Shown in pieces: positions 33,596 through 44,856 of a stretch of 64,000 nucleotides of DNA. Position 1 is the first letter of the stretch. Each line of letters opens with the position of its first letter. Under the pieces are notes generated by a model that ran no database searches, was not told the origin of the DNA, and worked only from the letters and a program-made list of their open reading frames with translations. Both the position numbers and the translations under genes were made by a program. Origin of the DNA: an uncultured Oscillospiraceae bacterium (GTDB taxonomy: Bacteria; Bacillota; Clostridia; Oscillospirales; Oscillospiraceae); contig CANPYX010000004.1 of assembly GCA_947588955.1 (NCBI GenBank), positions 6,421-70,420 on the forward strand, read 5' to 3'.

Positions 33596-33973
33596 ATGAA
33601 GGACAGAATCCCTACTTATCCCAACCGGGTGCGGCTTGTGCCGGTGCCGGGAAGGGACGGGTATTATGACGTGGAGCGCGCGGACGAGCCGACCCAGGAG
33701 GGGACGAAGCTCAACAAGGCGACGCTCCTCACCGATGAGACGGCGGCGGCTGTGAAGGCGGCGCGTCCGGGCTTTTCGGGGGAGGTGGACACCGTCAACG
33801 ATGCTCTGGCGGCACTGGCGCTGGGAGGCGTGAGCGCGGGGGCGTCGGAGCCCGGTGACAAGTCCGGGCTGTGGGTGGACACCTCCAACGGCGCCGGCAA
33901 GGGCGTGCTGAAATATTACGACACGGCGCTGGGCAAGTGGACGCCGGTGTGGTCGGTCTGGGGGGTAAAGTGA
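33596..33973 (+). CDS. short tail fibre-like protein
   Basis: N-terminus IPTYPNRVRLVPVPGRDGYYDVERADEPTQEGTKLNKATLL is typical of Firmicutes phage fibre N-termini. Confidence 0.6.
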   Translation: MKDRIPTYPNRVRLVPVPGRDGYYDVERADEPTQEGTKLNKATLLTDETAAAVKAARPGFSGEVDTVNDALAALALGGVSAGASEPGDKSGLWVDTSNGAGKGVLKYYDTALGKWTPVWSVWGVK

Positions 33974-33974
33974 G

Positions 33975-34973
33975 ATGGCGGAGAGCTACAACACCTTTTC
34001 CCCGGACCGCGTCAGAGCCCTGAAGGACGCCGCCAGAGCGGAGGTAAAGCGCAGGAAGGGGTACGGTTCGCTCTCCGAGGACACGGGCTACGGCTACGCC
34101 CAGAGGGGCAAGACGGTGGACTACTCCTCGGAGAAGTTCGAATTCGACGTTCAGCCCGCCCCGGGGGAGGGGATAACCGTGGACCACGGGGAGAAGACCG
34201 TGGACATACTGCTGAAAATAGCGGAGCACGGGGATCTCACCCATGCCGCAGCAGGAGAGCCCATCCCCTCGGACTTCACCGAGGAGCTTATAACCTATGT
34301 CAACACCCTGGCGGGGGAGAGCATGACGGGGACGGTCACCAGCTGCCACGGGGCATGTACGGGGCTGTGCGTGGGCACCTGCTCCGACGGGTGCTCCGGC
34401 TGCACGGGGTCGGGCGCGTCGAACACCGGAGGATACGGCTGCAACGGGTGCTCCGCCGCCTGCGGTAACTCCTGCGGCACAAGCTGCGGGGAGGGCTGCA
34501 GCGGGAAATGCAACTGGACCTGTGAGATTCAATGCTCCGTAGACTGCTCGGGCTATTGTCATCAGACATGCAAGTCGGGGTGTATCGGCGATTGTCGATA
34601 CGAATGCGGCGGAACCGAGAAGGGTACGCCGTCAAACTGCAGCAACTCCTGTCAGACGGCCTGCTATTACACCTGCGCCATTGACTGCCAGGGCAACTGC
34701 CGGACGGGGTGCGCGAGCTGCGACTACGGCTGTGACGGCTTCTGCTGGGGCGCTTGTATGGGCGGCTGCCTCAACGGGTGCGGCGAGTGCGAGGGCTGCG
34801 CGGGGTGCTCCGGGTGCGGCGGAGGCTGCTCCGGGCGCTGTTACGGCGGCTGCGACACCGCCTGTCTGGGGTGCTCGGGGAATTGCGAGGGCAGGTGCCT
34901 CAATTCCTGCTTCTCCACCTGCTCCGACACCTGCTACGGCAGCTGCAATGGCACGGCGGACACCGTACAGTGA
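33975..34973 (+). CDS. CXXX-repeat hyper-cysteine protein 2 (putative radical SAM target)
   Basis: Paralog of 28901..29989. Same N-domain (GYGSLS..DTGY, HGEKTV..LLKIAEHG, LITYVNTLAGESMTGT.TSCHGACTGLC). 49 Cys (my count), mostly CxxxC. ATG 2 nt after the fibre stop. Confidence 0.8.
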   Translation: MAESYNTFSPDRVRALKDAARAEVKRRKGYGSLSEDTGYGYAQRGKTVDYSSEKFEFDVQPAPGEGITVDHGEKTVDILLKIAEHGDLTHAAAGEPIPSDFTEELITYVNTLAGESMTGTVTSCHGACTGLCVGTCSDGCSGCTGSGASNTGGYGCNGCSAACGNSCGTSCGEGCSGKCNWTCEIQCSVDCSGYCHQTCKSGCIGDCRYECGGTEKGTPSNCSNSCQTACYYTCAIDCQGNCRTGCASCDYGCDGFCWGACMGGCLNGCGECEGCAGCSGCGGGCSGRCYGGCDTACLGCSGNCEGRCLNSCFSTCSDTCYGSCNGTADTVQ

Positions 34974-35068
34974 CGCGGGATACCCCCCCACCCCTTTCGG
35001 ATACGCCGGAAGGGAAGGACATTTTCGGGGGAATGTCTTAAAAAATCGGAAAATATTTTTTCGGGAAG

Positions 35069-35305
35069 GTGAGCGATTTGGACTGGACAAGCATTATTGT
35101 GGCGGTGGTGACCGGGGGGATGGCGTTTTTGGGGGTGCTGGTGTCGAACCGGAAGACCGGGGCGCTGATCGCCTACCGGCTCCAACAGCTGGAGGCGAAG
35201 GTGGACAAGCACAACCATTTCGCAGAGCGGATGCCGGTGATTGAGGAGCAGATCAAGGTGGCGAACCACCGGATTGAGGACCTGGAGAGGAGAGCAGACG
35301 GATGA
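35069..35305 (+). CDS. holin-like protein (BhlA/UviB-like architecture)
   Basis: N-terminal TM (IIVAVVTGGMAFLGVLV) followed by a coiled coil. Directly upstream of, and ATGA-coupled to, the amidase. GTG start. Confidence 0.55.
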   Translation: MSDLDWTSIIVAVVTGGMAFLGVLVSNRKTGALIAYRLQQLEAKVDKHNHFAERMPVIEEQIKVANHRIEDLERRADG

Positions 35306-36105
35306 ACCTCTTGAAGTGCCTCCTCGTCAACAACGACTGCTATAAGGCGGCGCAGAGGATAAAGCCGCGGGGCGTTATGGTGCACTCCACGGGGTGCGAC
35401 AACCCGAATCTCAGGCGGTACGTGCAGCCTGTGGCGGGGCAGGAGGGGTACGGGGAGCTCATAGCCCTGCTGGGGAAGAACACGGCGGGGAACCACTGGA
35501 ACAGGCACATAGAGAACCCAAAGGAGCGAAAGTGCGTCCACGCGTTTATCGGGAAGTCGGCGGACGGGTCGGTTGCCGCCGTGCAGACCTTGCCGTGGGA
35601 TATAAACGGCTGTCACTGCGGCGGGGCGGCGAACGGCACGCACATAGGCTTTGAGATTTGCGAGGACAAGCTGGAGGACTTTGAGTACTTCAAGGCCACA
35701 TACCGCGCGGCGGTGGAGCTGACGGCGTATCTGTGCGGGCTCTACGGGCTGGACCCGCTGGCGCCGGGGGTGGTCATCGGTCACGGGGAGGGGTACAAGC
35801 TGGGTATTGCCTCAAGCCGGAGCGTGAAGCGGGACCCATGGTTCGGGCCGTTCGGGTACTCAATGGACGGGTTCAGGCAGGACGTAAAAGATTTTATGGG
35901 AGATGAGGATATGCTTACAGGCGAGGAAATTTTTAGACGGCTTAATGAATACCTGGCGGGCTTGCCCGCACCGGATTGGGCGCAGGAGGAGCTCCAGGAG
36001 GCGGTGGATATGGGTATTACCGACGGGACGAATCCCATGGTGCTCATGCCCAGATACCAGGGGTGGATACTGTCCAAACGGGCGACTCAAATGGGGCAGA
36101 AATGA
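35302..36105 (+). CDS. N-acetylmuramoyl-L-alanine amidase (endolysin, Amidase_2/PGRP type)
   Basis: GVMVHSTG...HAFIGK...CHCGGAANGTHIGFEICED motifs. Confidence 0.85.
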   Translation: MNLLKCLLVNNDCYKAAQRIKPRGVMVHSTGCDNPNLRRYVQPVAGQEGYGELIALLGKNTAGNHWNRHIENPKERKCVHAFIGKSADGSVAAVQTLPWDINGCHCGGAANGTHIGFEICEDKLEDFEYFKATYRAAVELTAYLCGLYGLDPLAPGVVIGHGEGYKLGIASSRSVKRDPWFGPFGYSMDGFRQDVKDFMGDEDMLTGEEIFRRLNEYLAGLPAPDWAQEELQEAVDMGITDGTNPMVLMPRYQGWILSKRATQMGQK

Positions 36106-36362
36106 AGGGAAAGCATGAGACGGAAACAAAGAAGACCGTCTTTGCGGACGTGGTTATCGCGGTGTGCGTGGTGGTGGCGGTACTGGTCACGGGGTGCGTG
36201 ATTTACGAGTACCACCGACTGGACACGGTGATGCCGCCGGGGGTCATCTCAGCCCTCTTCGCCTTCTGGGGCGGCGAGCTGCTGATTGTGGCGCTGAGGC
36301 AGATATTCGGCTCGGACGTGGTTACTAAGACGAAAAATAATAATATAGGGGGATCTATTTAA
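36102..36362 (+). CDS. small membrane protein (lysis-module accessory)
   Basis: ATGA overlap with the amidase. Two hydrophobic spans. Confidence 0.5.
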   Translation: MKGKHETETKKTVFADVVIAVCVVVAVLVTGCVIYEYHRLDTVMPPGVISALFAFWGGELLIVALRQIFGSDVVTKTKNNNIGGSI

Positions 36363-36539
36363 ATGCTTGAGAAAATTTGCGACCGGCTTTTGACGGTCAA
36401 GTCCATTGTGACGATAATCCTCACCGCGGTTTTCGCGGTGCTGGTGATACGCGGCACGCTGCCGTCAGAGTTCATGACGGTGTACGCGTCGGTGCTGGCG
36501 TTTTACTTTGGGATTCAGTCGACGAAGAAGGAGGAGTAA
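36363..36539 (+). CDS. small membrane protein (58 aa, below ORF-track cutoff)
   Basis: Manual translation: MLEKICDRLLTVKSIVTIILTAVFAVLVIRGTLPSEFMTVYASVLAFYFGIQSTKKEE. Confidence 0.4.
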   Translation: MLEKICDRLLTVKSIVTIILTAVFAVLVIRGTLPSEFMTVYASVLAFYFGIQSTKKEE

Positions 36540-36629
36540 GGAGGTCCGCAGGTCGTGAATGTGCGTACTTATAAAACGTTTGCAATATAAGTACACGCGG
36601 GAGAAAAACAGAAGTACCGTTTTTCCTCG

Positions 36630-36646
36630 TTCGAACCCTCAAGGAG
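36630..36646. repeat. 17-nt duplicate of the tRNA-Ser T-arm region (att-like remnant)
   Basis: TTCGAACCCTCAAGGAG here versus TTCGAACCCTCGAGGAG at 36787-36803. Same orientation, one mismatch. Confidence 0.6.
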
Positions 36647-36726
36647 AGACCTCTTTATACACGATTTTTACACGATTTTTTCGCCGTTTCGTACCTTATG
36701 ACACCATACCCCAACACAAAGAAAAT

Positions 36727-36761
36727 GCCTGGAATTGCTGACTTTTTCAGCATTTCCAGGC
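36727..36761. terminator. bidirectional hairpin terminator between the prophage end and the tRNA
   Basis: GCCTGGAATTGCTGA-loop-TCAGCATTTCCAGGC with T-rich flanks on both strands. Confidence 0.55.
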
Positions 36762-36773
36762 GTTTTCAAATAA

Positions 36774-36862
36774 CGGAGAAGGAGGGATTCGAACCCTCGA
36801 GGAGCTTTTGACCCCTACACGATTTCCAATCGTGCGCGCTCGACCGGGCTACGCGACTTCTC
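36774..36862 (-). tRNA. tRNA-Ser (anticodon GGA), long variable arm, no encoded CCA
   Basis: Manual fold: acceptor GGAGAAG/CTTCTCC; anticodon stem CACGA/TCGTG with loop TTGGAAA; variable arm; T-arm GAGGG-TTCGAAT-CCCTC. Confidence 0.85.
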
Positions 36863-36981
36863 CATCGTAAGCGGTTGAGTGTTCTTATTCAAGCTTAGCT
36901 ATTATAGTGTATTTGCGCGGGCTTGTCAAGACCTTTTTTCAGCCGCCCCGGAATTTTTTCTCCGGGGCGGCAAAAGAGGCG

Positions 36982-38925
36982 TCAGCAGAGCTTGTAGCCG
37001 GCGGGGATGCAGTCGTCAAGCATGAGCAGGTGGAGCTTTTCCTCTCCGTTCTCCTCTCGGACGGCGGAGATGAGCATTCCGTTGGATTCAAGCCCCATCA
37101 TCTTGCGGGTGGGGAGGTTGAGGATCGCCACCACCGTCTTGCCCACCAGATCCTCAGGCTTATAAAATTTGGCTATGCCTGAAAGTATCTGCCGGGGCGT
37201 GCCGGAGCCGTCGTCCAGTGTGAAGCGCAGGAGCCTTTCGGACTTCTTCACGTTCTCGCAGGACAGGACCTTGCACACGCGCATGTCGCACCTGGCAAAC
37301 TCGTCGATGGTCACATCGGGGAGCACCGGGTCGGACTTGGACGCAGGATTTTTCGCGGCGTAGAAATCCTCGATTTCCTTTGCCTTCTTCGTGGGGTCAA
37401 TGCGGGCAAAAAGTATCTCGGGAGCGCCTATTTTGTGCCCCTCGGGTATGGCGCCGAAGACGGAAAGGCTGTCCCAATCGGAGACGGGCAGGTCCAGCTG
37501 GCGGAAAATCCTCTCCGCCGTATCGGGAAGGAAGTGCTTCAGCAGCGCCGCGGCTATGCGCACGGACTCCAGGAGGTTATAAAGCACTGCCTCAAGGCGC
37601 GGCTTTGTCTCCTCGCTCCGCCCCAGCACCCAGGGCTGAGTCTCGTCCACGTACTTGTTGGCGCGGCGCAGGAGGGTGAATATCTCGTCGATGGCGTCCG
37701 CCACGTGCAGGGTGTCCATCTTCTCGGCGCACTTTTTGGGAGTGGCGAGGGCGAGGTCGATGAGCTCACTGTCCACCGGCTCGGACACGCGGTTCGTGCC
37801 GACGACGCCGTTAAAATACTTGTTCGTCATGGTCACGGTGCGGTTCACCAAATTGCCCAGGATGTTGGCAAGATCGGAGTTTATCCGCTCAATGATAAGG
37901 TCGTGGCTCATGGTCCCGTCGGAGGCGAAGGGCATCTCGTGGAGCACGTAATAGCGCACAGCGTCCACGCCGTAGAGGTCCACCAGGTCGTCGGCGTAAA
38001 GCACGTTGCCCTTGGATTTTGACATCTTCCCGTCGCTCATCAAAAGCCAGGGGTGACCGAAGACCTGCTTTGGCAGAGGCTCGCCCAGCGCCATGAGGAA
38101 CGCCGGCCAGTAGAGGGTGTGGAACCGCAGAATGTCCTTTCCGATGAGGTGGACGTCCGCCGGCCAGTATTTTTTGTACTTCTCCCCGTCCTCGCCCATG
38201 GGCTCAAGTCCGGGGAAGGTGGCGTAGTTGAAAAGCGCGTCCAGCCAGACGTAAATCACGTGCCTCGGGTCCTCCCGCACGGGGATACCCCAGGTGAAGC
38301 TGGTGCGGGAGATACAAAGGTCCTGGAGCCCCGGCTTTAGGAAGTTGTTTATCATCTCGTTGCGCCGCGCCTCTGGCTGGATGAACTCCGGGTGCTCCTG
38401 GATGTGGCGCATAAGGGGCTCGGTGTACTTTGAGAGGCGGAAGAAATACGCCTCCTCCTCCGCCCACTTCACCTCCCGCCCGCAGTCCGGGCACTTGTGG
38501 TCCACAAGCTGGCTCTCGGTCCAGAAGGACTCGCAGGGCGTGCAGTACCAGCCCTCGTACTTTGACTTGTAGATGTCGCCGGACTCCAAAAAGCGGGTGA
38601 AGATCTCCTGGATCTTCCGCTCGTGCTCCGGGTCCGTGGTGCGCACGAACCTGTCATAGCTTGTGTTCATCAGGTCCCATATGCGCTTTATCTCCCCGGA
38701 GGTGCCGTCCACGAACTGCTGAGGCGTCAAGCCTGCCGCCTCCGCCTTCTCCTGTATCTTCTGCCCGTGCTCGTCGGTGCCGGTCTGGAAGTACACGTCG
38801 TACCCCTCCATTCGCTTGAACCGGCAAATGGCGTCCGCAAGAACTATCTCATAGGTGTTCCCGATGTGCGGCTTGCCGGACGCGTAGGCGATGGCGGTGG
38901 AAAGATAAAATGGTCCCTTGTTCAT
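36982..38925 (-). CDS. metG: methionine--tRNA ligase
   Basis: HIGN (HIGH-type) motif, KMSKS motif, and a C-terminal tRNA-binding domain. Confidence 0.95.
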   Translation of the reverse strand: MNKGPFYLSTAIAYASGKPHIGNTYEIVLADAICRFKRMEGYDVYFQTGTDEHGQKIQEKAEAAGLTPQQFVDGTSGEIKRIWDLMNTSYDRFVRTTDPEHERKIQEIFTRFLESGDIYKSKYEGWYCTPCESFWTESQLVDHKCPDCGREVKWAEEEAYFFRLSKYTEPLMRHIQEHPEFIQPEARRNEMINNFLKPGLQDLCISRTSFTWGIPVREDPRHVIYVWLDALFNYATFPGLEPMGEDGEKYKKYWPADVHLIGKDILRFHTLYWPAFLMALGEPLPKQVFGHPWLLMSDGKMSKSKGNVLYADDLVDLYGVDAVRYYVLHEMPFASDGTMSHDLIIERINSDLANILGNLVNRTVTMTNKYFNGVVGTNRVSEPVDSELIDLALATPKKCAEKMDTLHVADAIDEIFTLLRRANKYVDETQPWVLGRSEETKPRLEAVLYNLLESVRIAAALLKHFLPDTAERIFRQLDLPVSDWDSLSVFGAIPEGHKIGAPEILFARIDPTKKAKEIEDFYAAKNPASKSDPVLPDVTIDEFARCDMRVCKVLSCENVKKSERLLRFTLDDGSGTPRQILSGIAKFYKPEDLVGKTVVAILNLPTRKMMGLESNGMLISAVREENGEEKLHLLMLDDCIPAGYKLC

Positions 38926-38996
38926 GTGTGTACCTCCTGAATGTTTGTCTCATAATTTTAGCACAGGGCGCGGGGAAAATGCAATCAATTTGCGGT

Positions 38997-39548
38997 TTAC
39001 AGCTTCAAAATCATCATGTACTCGTTGAGAAGCGTCCCGTCCTCAAGCCGAACGGCGTCGGGGAGCACGGCGCGGACGCGAAAGCCCATCTTCTCATAGA
39101 GCGCCCTGGCTCTGGCGTTGCCCTCAAAACAGGAAAGCTCCAGCTGTGTGACGCCCTCGCGAGATCCTGCCAGCTCTATCATGGCGCGGAACATGGCCGT
39201 GCCGATACCAAGTCCCCAAAACCGGCGCTGAATGGCGATGCCGACGCCGCCCCGGTGACGTGTCTTGAGGCTTGTCTGAAAAACCATATCGCATGACCCG
39301 GCAAGCACCTCGTCCACAAAGCAGCTGAGCAGCAGCTTGTGGGGGGACGAGCCGTACTCCTGGATAAAGCGGCGCTCTTCCTCAAGGGTGACGGCGGCGG
39401 CCTCCTCCGGGGTGAGGTTGAGATAGGGCGTCTCGCCCACGCAGACGCGGTAATTTTCCAAAAACGCCTCGGCGTCCCCGGATGCGGGACAGCGCAGAAC
39501 CGCCTCCCGCCCGTCCCTCAGGCGGAAGGGGATGGGGTCGGTGAGCAT
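38997..39548 (-). CDS. GNAT-family N-acetyltransferase
   Basis: QRRFWGLGIGTAMF acetyl-CoA-binding motif. Confidence 0.8.
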   Translation of the reverse strand: MLTDPIPFRLRDGREAVLRCPASGDAEAFLENYRVCVGETPYLNLTPEEAAAVTLEEERRFIQEYGSSPHKLLLSCFVDEVLAGSCDMVFQTSLKTRHRGGVGIAIQRRFWGLGIGTAMFRAMIELAGSREGVTQLELSCFEGNARARALYEKMGFRVRAVLPDAVRLEDGTLLNEYMMILKL

Positions 39549-39550
39549 AC

Positions 39551-39907
39551 TCAGCCCATCCTCTCGCCCAGCTTGGCGCCGCCCAGGATGTGGAAGTGCA
39601 GATGCGGCACGGACTGACAGGCGTCGGGTCCGCAGTTGGAGATGACCCGATAGCCGCCCTCCAGCCCCTCGTCAGCCGCGATTCGGGCGATGACGGAGAA
39701 AATGTGCCCCACCACAGCCTCGTTACGGCTGTTTACCTCTGAAACGGCTTTGATGTGCTCCTTGGGCACCACCAGGATGTGAGTCGGCGCCTGAGGATTT
39801 ATGTCCCGAAAGGCGAAGCAGAGGTCGTCCTCGTAGACCTTGGCAGAGGGTATCTCGCCCTTTATGATTTTGCAAAAAAGGCAGTTTTCATCGTAATTTA
39901 CAGACAT
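39551..39907 (-). CDS. HIT-family (histidine triad) protein
   Basis: VPHLHFHILGG triad motif. Confidence 0.9.
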   Translation of the reverse strand: MSVNYDENCLFCKIIKGEIPSAKVYEDDLCFAFRDINPQAPTHILVVPKEHIKAVSEVNSRNEAVVGHIFSVIARIAADEGLEGGYRVISNCGPDACQSVPHLHFHILGGAKLGERMG

Positions 39908-39923
39908 TTTTATTCTCCTTCCG

Positions 39924-40256
39924 TCAGCTGTGCTCCGGCACCACCGCGAAGAACCGGAGGGGCTTTTCGCTCTCGTTTCTCAGGCTGTGCGTGTGTCCCT
40001 CTGGGCAGTAGCTCACGTCGCCGGGACGTAAAAGCTCCCGCTCCCCGTCGCATACCATCACGCCCTCGCCCTCTAAGACGTAGACGATCTCGCTTGACCC
40101 CTCATGGGTGTGCAGTCCGATATGCGCTCCGGGGTAGAGCACGGCTGTCATTATCTTGTTGTTCTCATCGGTGAACATACGGGGCTCAAAAAGACCTGAA
40201 CCGCCCTTGAAGCCCTCAATGCGCTGCTCAGGGACAGCGGAAAAGTCAATTTTCAT
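39924..40256 (-). CDS. cupin-domain protein
   Basis: GxHxHxxxxE-like HTHEGSSEIVYVLEG and a second cupin motif. Confidence 0.75.
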   Translation of the reverse strand: MKIDFSAVPEQRIEGFKGGSGLFEPRMFTDENNKIMTAVLYPGAHIGLHTHEGSSEIVYVLEGEGVMVCDGERELLRPGDVSYCPEGHTHSLRNESEKPLRFFAVVPEHS

Positions 40257-40265
40257 TGTCCCGCC

Positions 40266-42932
<2,667 letters not shown>

Positions 42933-43021
42933 GTGTCTGTTGTTCTCCTTAGAATTATTTGTCAAATTGGGAATTTTATAATTAACTGATTTAGTATTCA
43001 GAAGTCCCTTTTGGGACAAGC

Positions 43022-44704
43022 TTATCCCCCGTAATTAGACGAATTTACGAATTTCTGGAACGCCTGGTAGGTCTCAAAGAAGCTGTGGACGCCGTTTTTG
43101 CCCAGGGCGTAGTAATAGTAGTCCGTGCTCGCCGGCGACAGAGCCGCCCTGATGGAGGCGATACCGGGGTTGGAAATGGGTCCCGCGGGGAGACCGGGGT
43201 AGAGGTAGGTGTTGTAGGGGCTGTCGTAGGAGGTGGAGAAGGGCTCCTTGGTGTCCTGTATTGCGTAGTATATCGTAGCGTCTATCTGCAAAAGCCCGTT
43301 TGTGCCCTGCCTGTCCGGGTGCTCCAGACGGTTGTATATGACCGAGGCTATCTTGTCACGCTCGGAGTCCGAGCCGGCCTCCTTCTCGATCATGGAGGCG
43401 ATTATCAGTATTTGCCTGCGGGTGTAGCCCAGGGACTCCGCCATGCGGTCAAAGTCGTCCTCCCACTTTTTTTGGAAGTTCACCAAAAAGCGCCTTATGA
43501 CGCTGTCCGGGTCGTCGTCGATATAGAACTCATAGGTGTCGGGGAAAAGGTATCCCTCAAGCCTCTTGGGGTCGCCGAGGGTGGATTTGTCCAGGAAATC
43601 ATAGTCAAAATCCGTGTTGCTCAGGGAATCTAAGAGCTCATCCCTTTCGCAGACATTGTTCTCCACCATCAAGTCAACTATTTGGGTTATGGAGTAGCCC
43701 TCAGGGATGGTGAGCGTCACGGTGTCCCGCTTGCCGCTCTTGGGGTTCATGCCGTGTATAAGAGCCCGGTAGTCGTAATTCATGTTCAGAGTGTAGGTCC
43801 CCGCCTGCACCTTGGTGTCCGCGTGGGAGATGTCGGAAAAGAGCTTGAAAAGCCACTTGTAGCGGATGAGTCCCTTGCTCAGGAGCTCGTCAGCCACCTT
43901 GTCGATGTCCGCGACGTTGACGGTGACCTCCGTGACGCTGCCGTCGTCCTCCTCCTGTTCACGGACCTCCTCGTGGAATATGCTCTTGGGAAGCGTGACC
44001 TCCACGGGCACGTCGCCGCCGTCAAAGCCCAGCACGTCCGTCGCCCACATCCAGCCGACGCACGCCAGAACGACGCTCACCGAAAGCACAAAGAGGAAGA
44101 GAAGTATACCCGAAAGACAGCCGGTGCGCTTGGTGCGCCCGCGCCTCACCGCTTTCTCGTTGACGTCGGCGTACTCGGAGTCGAAGTCAAACTCCACCTC
44201 AAAATTGTCGGGCGACGGCGACTTTTCGGACCGGGGGCGCTTATTCGCGGCGTCGGCGGGCCGGCGCGCCTGCGCGCCGCCCTCCGGCTTCGGCTGCTGC
44301 CGGCTTTGGGGCTGCGGCTGACTTTGGGGTTTAGGTTGATTTTGGGGTTTTGCCTGGGACGCGGAGCTTTCCGCGGGCCGCGTTTTGGGCGGCTCGCTTG
44401 AGGACCTTTCGGGCTTGGGAGCCTCCCGCTTTACGTCGCCGGTGTCTGCCGCGGGCTTTTCCCGCTTTTGCCCGTCCGGGCTTACGTATTCGATCTTAAA
44501 GCCCTCAGAGAGCCCGGTCCCCTCCGGCTTTTTTTCCTCAGCCGGGGGAGCGCTTCGTGGCGACGGGGCAGGGGAGGGGGGCTGGGCGGGCGGAGCTTTG
44601 GCGTCCTGCCGCTTCTCCGCCGCGCCGTCGGGCGTGTCGGGCATGTCGACCTTGAAGTCCTCGCCCATTAGCTCCTTCCAGAATTCGTCTTTGCTGCCTG
44701 ACAT
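43022..44704 (-). CDS. mltG: endolytic transglycosylase MltG (YceG-like) with long disordered N-terminus
   Basis: C-terminal YceG motifs (ASMIEKEA, SPYNTY..GLP.GPI.NPG). Start at MSGSKDEF with AAGGAGG RBS. Confidence 0.85.
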   Translation of the reverse strand: MSGSKDEFWKELMGEDFKVDMPDTPDGAAEKRQDAKAPPAQPPSPAPSPRSAPPAEEKKPEGTGLSEGFKIEYVSPDGQKREKPAADTGDVKREAPKPERSSSEPPKTRPAESSASQAKPQNQPKPQSQPQPQSRQQPKPEGGAQARRPADAANKRPRSEKSPSPDNFEVEFDFDSEYADVNEKAVRRGRTKRTGCLSGILLFLFVLSVSVVLACVGWMWATDVLGFDGGDVPVEVTLPKSIFHEEVREQEEDDGSVTEVTVNVADIDKVADELLSKGLIRYKWLFKLFSDISHADTKVQAGTYTLNMNYDYRALIHGMNPKSGKRDTVTLTIPEGYSITQIVDLMVENNVCERDELLDSLSNTDFDYDFLDKSTLGDPKRLEGYLFPDTYEFYIDDDPDSVIRRFLVNFQKKWEDDFDRMAESLGYTRRQILIIASMIEKEAGSDSERDKIASVIYNRLEHPDRQGTNGLLQIDATIYYAIQDTKEPFSTSYDSPYNTYLYPGLPAGPISNPGIASIRAALSPASTDYYYYALGKNGVHSFFETYQAFQKFVNSSNYGG

Positions 44705-44856
44705 GATAACCTCCTTGTGGGAAGTGACACCGCCGCCCTTGGCCGCATAGAATGAGCCAGATGACGGCGAAGTCATCAAGTGTCCCGCCGAAACGCGCGC
44801 GGCGCGGACAAAAACCATCTTAAAATGCCGGCGCGTCGGCGGAATGGAGTAAAATT

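Larger units (their letters stand above)
1..36646. mobile_element. Prophage (siphovirus-like, HK97-type head module); right end near tRNA-Ser, left end outside window
   Basis: Continuous + strand phage modules: regulation, replication, packaging, head, tail, fibres, lysis. They are followed by a tRNA and housekeeping genes on the - strand. No integrase in window. Confidence 0.85.

Noticed and set aside
1-36646. Looked for an integrase/recombinase, a DGR reverse transcriptase, and recognisable defence systems (RM, Abi, CBASS-like) in the prophage.
   Set aside because: No ORF in the window shows tyrosine or serine recombinase, RT, or nuclease-NTPase defence signatures that I could recognise. 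The integrase is presumably left of the window.
42933-43021. T-box leaders upstream of alaS, metG (38926..38996) and gltX (63085..63167).
   Set aside because: The intergenic leaders are only ~70-90 nt, too short for a T-box. No specifier/T-box motif is visible.
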